This document shows, in pieces, positions 58,389-64,000 of a stretch of DNA of 64,000 nt (its first letter is position 1; each line of letters starts with the position of its first letter). Position numbers and translations under genes: made by a program. The DNA comes from Azolla caroliniana (Eukaryota; Plantae; Polypodiophyta): NCBI GenBank assembly GCA_043228905.1, contig JBHGNT010000022.1, forward strand, positions 1,612,001 through 1,676,000, given 5' to 3'. The notes under the pieces were generated by a model that was not told where the DNA came from, did no database searches, and saw only the letters and a list, made by a program, of their open reading frames with translations.

Positions 58389-59704
58389 GCCGACTGGATG
58401 GGTCGAGGCGCGCGAAATCGAACAGGTCGAGGAGCACGAGTGAGGCGTGAAGCCAGAAGGAACCGGAGCATAGATTCGGAGGAGCGGACGGAACCTCAAG
58501 TTGAGCTTGAGGGAGAGTGTTGAGACACAAGCTCAACATTCGATGTGTAATCGGGTGCATAACCCAGCGTGTAAACTGGGTGCGTAAAACCGTGCGCACA
58601 ATAGGCCGTAGTGGTGCGTAAACCGCGAGGCCGTTGGAAAGATATTCCGCATAGGAATATATTTTGGGAGTTAGTGTAGAGCTCATTTATGAGCGGTCAA
58701 GTACTGTCAGTACTTGTGTCAGCCCGATAGTCAGGGCTTGTATAAAAGGTGCTCACTGAGCACGATATATGTACAGAGCGTCATTATTTTGAAATAGAAC
58801 TGAGTTGTCTGCTCTCTCTCTGTGTTTTCTGCGTTTACCGAACTGTCTTATTTCTGAACTGTGTACTCTGCACAGCGATGGCGACGGTGGCGGCGAGGGG
58901 GGGGTTGTGGCGACCACCGCCCTTCGGAAAGTTGTGGTGAGCTGAGCTTCACATTCAGCTCTGCGCAATTCAGCTCCTGCTCCTGCACTCGCTTCGTTCT
59001 GCTGTGTGGTGGCTGCTGCTCCTCCGCTCTTTTGTTAACACTCTTCCCCGGAGGCCGCTGCCTCCATTGCTCTGATGCCTGCCTCCACTGCCTGCCTGAC
59101 CTTTGAGCATATTTTTCTTTAGAGTTTGGGTTTTGATCTTGTTTTGAAGAGTGTAAGAAACATAATGAGGAGGTATTTAATGAGACGAAGGTCATTTATA
59201 CCCTTTGATAAAAGGGTTTTGATTGTAATTGGACTATCAATAATATCACCCATAGTGATAGTATGAACCATACATACCATACTTGCATTCGCATTCACGA
59301 ATGGTTCATCCTAAAACTCCTCCTTCCAAACCCCCAACACACTCAATGAGTCGTAGCCTCTCAAGGTGTAGAAAAAGAAGATGATGATAAAAAATGAAAG
59401 TGGAGAGCGATTGCCCCACCCCTTTTTTTATTATGTAAGATGTCACATTTTCTTTTTATCTAAGGTGTCACACAACGATAGCCAAATATATATATATATA
59501 TATATATATATGAAAGCAGACTTATAAATAGTAGAGTAGACTTATAAATAGTAGAGTAGCTATAGATGCTTAGAGTATAGATAGCCTGATTTGTATATGC
59601 TATTCACCTAACTAACTAATGGGAAGCAGTTTTTTCTCGGAAAAAAAAGAATGAAATCTACCAACCCAAAAAACTCTTTAAGATATACAGAAATCTTCTA
59701 AACT

Positions 59705-59876
59705 CATTAATTGGTTTGCAACAGATTTCTGAGTTATGTATATATATATATATAGATGTCTTAGAAGATAATAATATATATATATATATATATATCAATA
59801 TGTAGTTAGAAGATGGTCTTTATCTTCTAAACATATATATATATATACTCAGGAATCTTTCGCAAACCAATTAATG
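59705..59876. repeat. Fold-back / MITE-like inverted repeat with (TA)n tracts
   Basis: cattaattggtttgc...ttagaagataa and its imperfect reverse complement at 59820-59876. Confidence 0.7.
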
Positions 59877-60160
59877 CATCAATTTTGCCTCTAAGTTGAT
59901 TAATCAACGGATTCATTCATGAGTCAAGTTTCATTTCTTGCGTAAAAATTGATGATGATGTCTAGTACCTTATAATATTATATGTATACACAAAGATGTC
60001 GACTTGTAAGTTACCAATCTTAATTATGCATGTTAATTTTTTCCCCGTGGGATTAAAAAACAGATGAACATGAGATGGGAATTCAATTTCCGAGCTCTGC
60101 TATATTTACAAAATTATGGTGCCCAACCCGCCCCCTCCCAAATTCATCCTCTCAGAAATT

Positions 60161-61600
60161 TCAAAAGAGAGTCCCTGCTGGGGCAGCTGATTCGGTGGTG
60201 GTGGTGGTGTCGTCGGCCGGGATTAAGGCGGAGGAGATCGGGGATCGGCCCAGCTCATACGCAACTCGTTGCCGGAAGAGCTCCCCGTTCTCACGCTCCT
60301 CCACGGGGGCATCCAGCGCCTCATTGATGGAGCCCTCTATGTTGGCATAGTACCCGGCGCTGTTCCGGTACAGCTCCGCCACCATGCCCATCTGCATGTC
60401 ATTCGAGAAGCTCCCGGCAAATGCCGCCATGGCGCTGCAGGCGGCCGCCATTACCCCCAAATGCTGGGTGATGCCGATTGGGCCAGTGGCCACGAGCACC
60501 GGCTGTGCCGCGTTCAGGAGGGCCGCCGCCGCCGCTAGCATGGGCGCCGCTATAGCCAGGGATTTGTTGATCTTCACCACGTTCGTCGCCCAACTGGTGT
60601 ACGTCTTAATGTCCGAGCGGCGGAGGCGGGCGGCGACGCCCCGGAGCTCCGCCTCCAGGTCCGCATTCCAGCCGCCGCTCCGCACCCCTGCTTCTTCTTG
60701 GGCTTCGGATCTCTGGTCGGGGACGATGGGGCCGCTTGGGCGGGCGAGAGGGGCGATGAGCAGGGGAGGGAGCATTTGGGATGGGAACTTCTCGAGGCCG
60801 CCCGGCGTGAGCGGCATGGGGAAGGCTTTGTCCAGCGCTTCCAGGCGGCGGCGGCAGTCCCGCAGAACAACCGCCGATGGCTGCCGGAGATACGGCGCCG
60901 CTTTGATCGCATAATCGATGTCGCTCACCAGTTTGCGGAAGAGGCGAGCCGCGGTCCTCTGCTCCTCGGCCAGCTGAGAGGGCTGGAACTGGTTTATGAC
61001 CGACATCATGGCGGCGCCGCCGGCGTTGAGAAGGGCGGCCGGCAGGGTGAGGCTGGCGACATTGGCGGAGATTTGGGCGGCCGCCATGGCGCCGCTGAGG
61101 GCGGCCAAGACGGTGGCGGTCATGGAGGTGGCGGTGAGGGTGTGCTGGAAGAGCTTGTTCCAGTTGTCGCGCTGGGTGGCCAGGATGGCGTGCATCTCGG
61201 CTCGGTCGGAGGCGGCATTGGCCACTAGGCGGAGCTCCGCCACGCGGAAGGCCTCCGCCGCCGCCGCCGCCTCTTCAGTGGCGGTGGGGCTGGGTTGCTG
61301 GCGGTGGAGGGGGGTGTGGGCGTCCCAGAAGGAAAGGGGGTCATCTCTCATGGAGGTGTAGCTACTGCTGGCAGCGGCGGACTGGTCCTGCGGGGGGGTG
61401 AGGCGCGGCGGCGCTTTGGTGGCGGAGGAGGAGGAGGAGGAGGAGGAGTCGGGGGTTTGCTGAGAAGCATTAATGGCGCGGCGGCGGAGGCGAGAGGTGG
61501 CAGAAGAGAGGGAGATGAGGCGTGGATGATGATGCGTGAAGGAGTCGTGAGAATTCGGAGCGGCGGCGGCGGTGGCGGCGATGGCGGCGATGGCGCTCAT
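60161..61600 (-). CDS. Intronless host gene, At4g22030-like / petal-formation-expressed family, 479 aa, possible plastid transit peptide
   Basis: DRAEMHAILATQRDNWN, QPSQLAEEQRTAARLF, LDKAFPMPL...LEKFP, ELYRNSAG, ERENGELF motifs recognised from this family. Confidence 0.88.
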   Translation of the reverse strand: MSAIAAIAATAAAAPNSHDSFTHHHPRLISLSSATSRLRRRAINASQQTPDSSSSSSSSATKAPPRLTPPQDQSAAASSSYTSMRDDPLSFWDAHTPLHRQQPSPTATEEAAAAAEAFRVAELRLVANAASDRAEMHAILATQRDNWNKLFQHTLTATSMTATVLAALSGAMAAAQISANVASLTLPAALLNAGGAAMMSVINQFQPSQLAEEQRTAARLFRKLVSDIDYAIKAAPYLRQPSAVVLRDCRRRLEALDKAFPMPLTPGGLEKFPSQMLPPLLIAPLARPSGPIVPDQRSEAQEEAGVRSGGWNADLEAELRGVAARLRRSDIKTYTSWATNVVKINKSLAIAAPMLAAAAALLNAAQPVLVATGPIGITQHLGVMAAACSAMAAFAGSFSNDMQMGMVAELYRNSAGYYANIEGSINEALDAPVEERENGELFRQRVAYELGRSPISSALIPADDTTTTTESAAPAGTLF

Positions 61601-61830
61601 AGCAGGCGGCGGAATATATAGAGAGAGAGTGTGTGTTGTTGTGCTTCTATTGATGGCTAAAATTGGAGATAGAGAGATAAAAATAGAGACAATTATTGCT
61701 CGCTCTTTGTTTTGGCTTGGCTTTGGTTCGATCTCTGTGTCTCTTTGTTTCTTCTGTTTTTCTGTCTTTTGCTGCTTCTTTCTTCTTCTCTCACAATTCC
61801 TTCATATAAACTCATAGAGACACATATACA

Positions 61831-61840
61831 TATTTATATA
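61831..61840 (-). promoter_or_regulatory. Candidate TATA box of the host gene
   Basis: TATATAAATA on the minus strand, about 230 bp upstream of the ATG. Confidence 0.5.
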
Positions 61841-64000
61841 CTACTACTACTGCTAGTACTCTACTCTTCTTCTTCTTCTTCTTCTTCTTCTTTTTTGTTC
61901 ATGTGGAGAAGAACAAGTCAATGGTCAAGTGGTGTTGTTTTGTCCATCCCCACGAGGTCCTTTTTTTCTTTGCTCTCTTTCTTTTTTTTGAACAAGCCCA
62001 CCTTCTCTCTCTTTGATGAAAATAAAGAGAAACACCCAAAGTCATGGTATTGTATTGCAATTACACTTTCTTTCTCGCCTCTCTATGGTTCGTCGTCCCA
62101 TGTGAAACGGAGCTTTCACTTTTACTCCTGCCCAGAGAAAAGACGGTTTCGGTCTCGGGATCTCACACTCGTTAACCCTCCTGCCTCAGAGCGCCCCCGG
62201 GGAAGTTGGTCGAATTAAATGTCGCTTGATTTGCCTGTGACATCTTTTGTATGCCATTACCACCTGCCCCCTTCCAACCTTCCTCTGAATGACGCATGCT
62301 TTGTGGAGTTCTCATGATGGCCTAGCTCGTGTCACCATCATGATCCCGAAGACTTCCTCAGACCATTCCATTGGAAAGAGCGACGGATAGTGTATACAAA
62401 GGGCATGGGTGTAATCAAATATGTGTTCACAAGTTTCTAGTGACCAATGAAGATAAAGTAATTGCAATGATCTATAACCAATCATGATAAAACTTCCAAA
62501 TCTTTGCTAGAACAATTTTTATTTTTTTTTCCATAAAAATTATCCTCCATTAGTATTAAGATTAAAGTAGCCAAAGGCAAGATACAAGATAATCTAACAT
62601 TACAATGAATATTGTGCAGCCAATCTTTCTAGATAAAGATAAAGGCAAGATATAAGATAATATTGGTGAACTTCTCCCTAAGTAATATTGTTGCCCTACC
62701 AACGTCCATATCACCAAGTAATGTTGATACCATGCCAAAGCCCCTAGCATCAATTCCATCGTATTCAACATGTAGTGATATATCTTCTTTCACAATGATT
62801 CCTTGATCGCTGCTACATGTAAGAGTTCATCTTATCCAAATGATCTAGATGAACCTACCATATGAAAATATTGGTTCTCTACTCAATCCAATCTCCTCAG
62901 ACCGTCATGAAAATTTGCTTCTACCTCCGCCACCATCTTCGCTCATCGTTGTATAAACTAAAAACAAATAAATGTGATTCAAAATATTTCCACATCAGCC
63001 ACCTCTCCATTTTCCATGAAATTCTTGTATAGACAACAACAACAAAAAAAATAGTTGTCCTCATCCACTCATGACATTTTGCTTCAACCCTCGACAACAT
63101 CCTCACTCATCCTTTCAAAAATTAGTAGTGATAAATCGCTAGAACAATTTATCTAGGAGATAAACTCTTTGAATTCATCAATGTATCGTACATACCAGGG
63201 CTCCAAACATCTACGAGCTTCGCAGATTTGGCATATGTTTTTGGCAATGAGTTAATGGAAAATGAAGCGATAATTGGAACACTTTCACAAGGCACCAATT
63301 TCAAAATCGTCATGGGAAGGGAATAGACACAAAAAATTCAGGATTTACTATGGCAAGCTTACCATGGAGAACATGTGTTTATTTCGTGTTAGATGTTTAA
63401 TACTGACAAACTAACAAACCAATAAACAAACATGCATAGTTTTTAGATGTAAAATATCCTAAATGTAATATATATTGTTGTTGTTGGTCATAACATCTTG
63501 AATTGACAAAGCAAGCACCATGGAGAACATGTGCTTTTTCATGTTAAAAATAACTGCCACATAACAAGCACCATGGAGACCATGTTTCATTTCACGTTTC
63601 TCGCATACACGATACATACTTTTCTAGATCTAGTCAATGTGGAATGTAATATTCTGCCTGTGGTGATATGTATTTCGAGCATGGACATGGGAAAGACCAT
63701 GGAGAACACGAGTTGTTTCAAAGTAGAGTTTCACATGCACCACACATTGTTTTTTATGCTTAGTGTCTTCTCTATCAACCGTGTTGCATATCTCCCTTAC
63801 CCTGTGATCCTAGCATGGAGACAATTCATAAATTTCCTCAATATAAATTTTCGCATGTGCGTCTTAAGCATCTTATTAGGATGAACAAAATTCTTCATCA
63901 AAATGTGGATCCTCATACACAAATCTATGGCACTATATAAAGGGAAGGATGGAATCATACAATCTATGTGGGAACTATCAAATATTTGTAGATTGATTGG

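Larger units (their letters stand above)
53905..58874 (+). mobile_element. Copia B4, 5'-truncated, integrase core deleted, hosts F; 3' LTR starts at 58518 (end uncertain)
   Basis: ORFs 53956-54336, 54455-55171, 55974-56639; PPT gagggagag followed by tgttgag. Confidence 0.88.

Noticed and set aside
59485-59560. (TA)n tract and 20-bp tandem duplication
   Set aside because: Ordinary slippage products in AT-rich intergenic DNA
60269-62218. Plus-strand ORFs over and upstream of the host gene
   Set aside because: GC-rich antisense shadows and simple-repeat translations
62300-63330. Possible decayed coding or transposase sequence
   Set aside because: No recognisable motif in the frames I checked, so it was left unannotated

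Overview
Eukaryotic (plant-type) DNA. Bases 1 to about 58.9 kb are a nest of LTR retrotransposons. There are three Ty1/copia families: A (3 copies, one with an apparently open polyprotein), B (4 insertions, one tandemly duplicated, all degenerate) and D (one young full-length copy with target-site duplication, TSD). There are also two copies of a non-chromovirus Ty3/gypsy family C with a large extra sense ORF, one full-length chromovirus E (Tcn1/sushi-like), a collapsed non-coding LTR element F, and a split LINE. The right end holds one intronless host gene of the At4g22030 / petal-formation-expressed family (60161-61600, minus). Main observations: (1) E and F lack a tRNA PBS but share a self-priming architecture, an upstream anti-primer hairpin and the motif CAACGCCAGTC, although their primer sequences differ. 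(2) Both carry an antisense tRNA-like A-box/B-box at the LTR start. (3) F contains an 11-unit hairpin array. (4) One copia has its 3' end inverted between an inverted 5-bp TSD. (5) There is a recent 3662-bp tandem duplication. All coordinates were read by eye, so junctions may be off by a few bases, and family or clade names are my inference.
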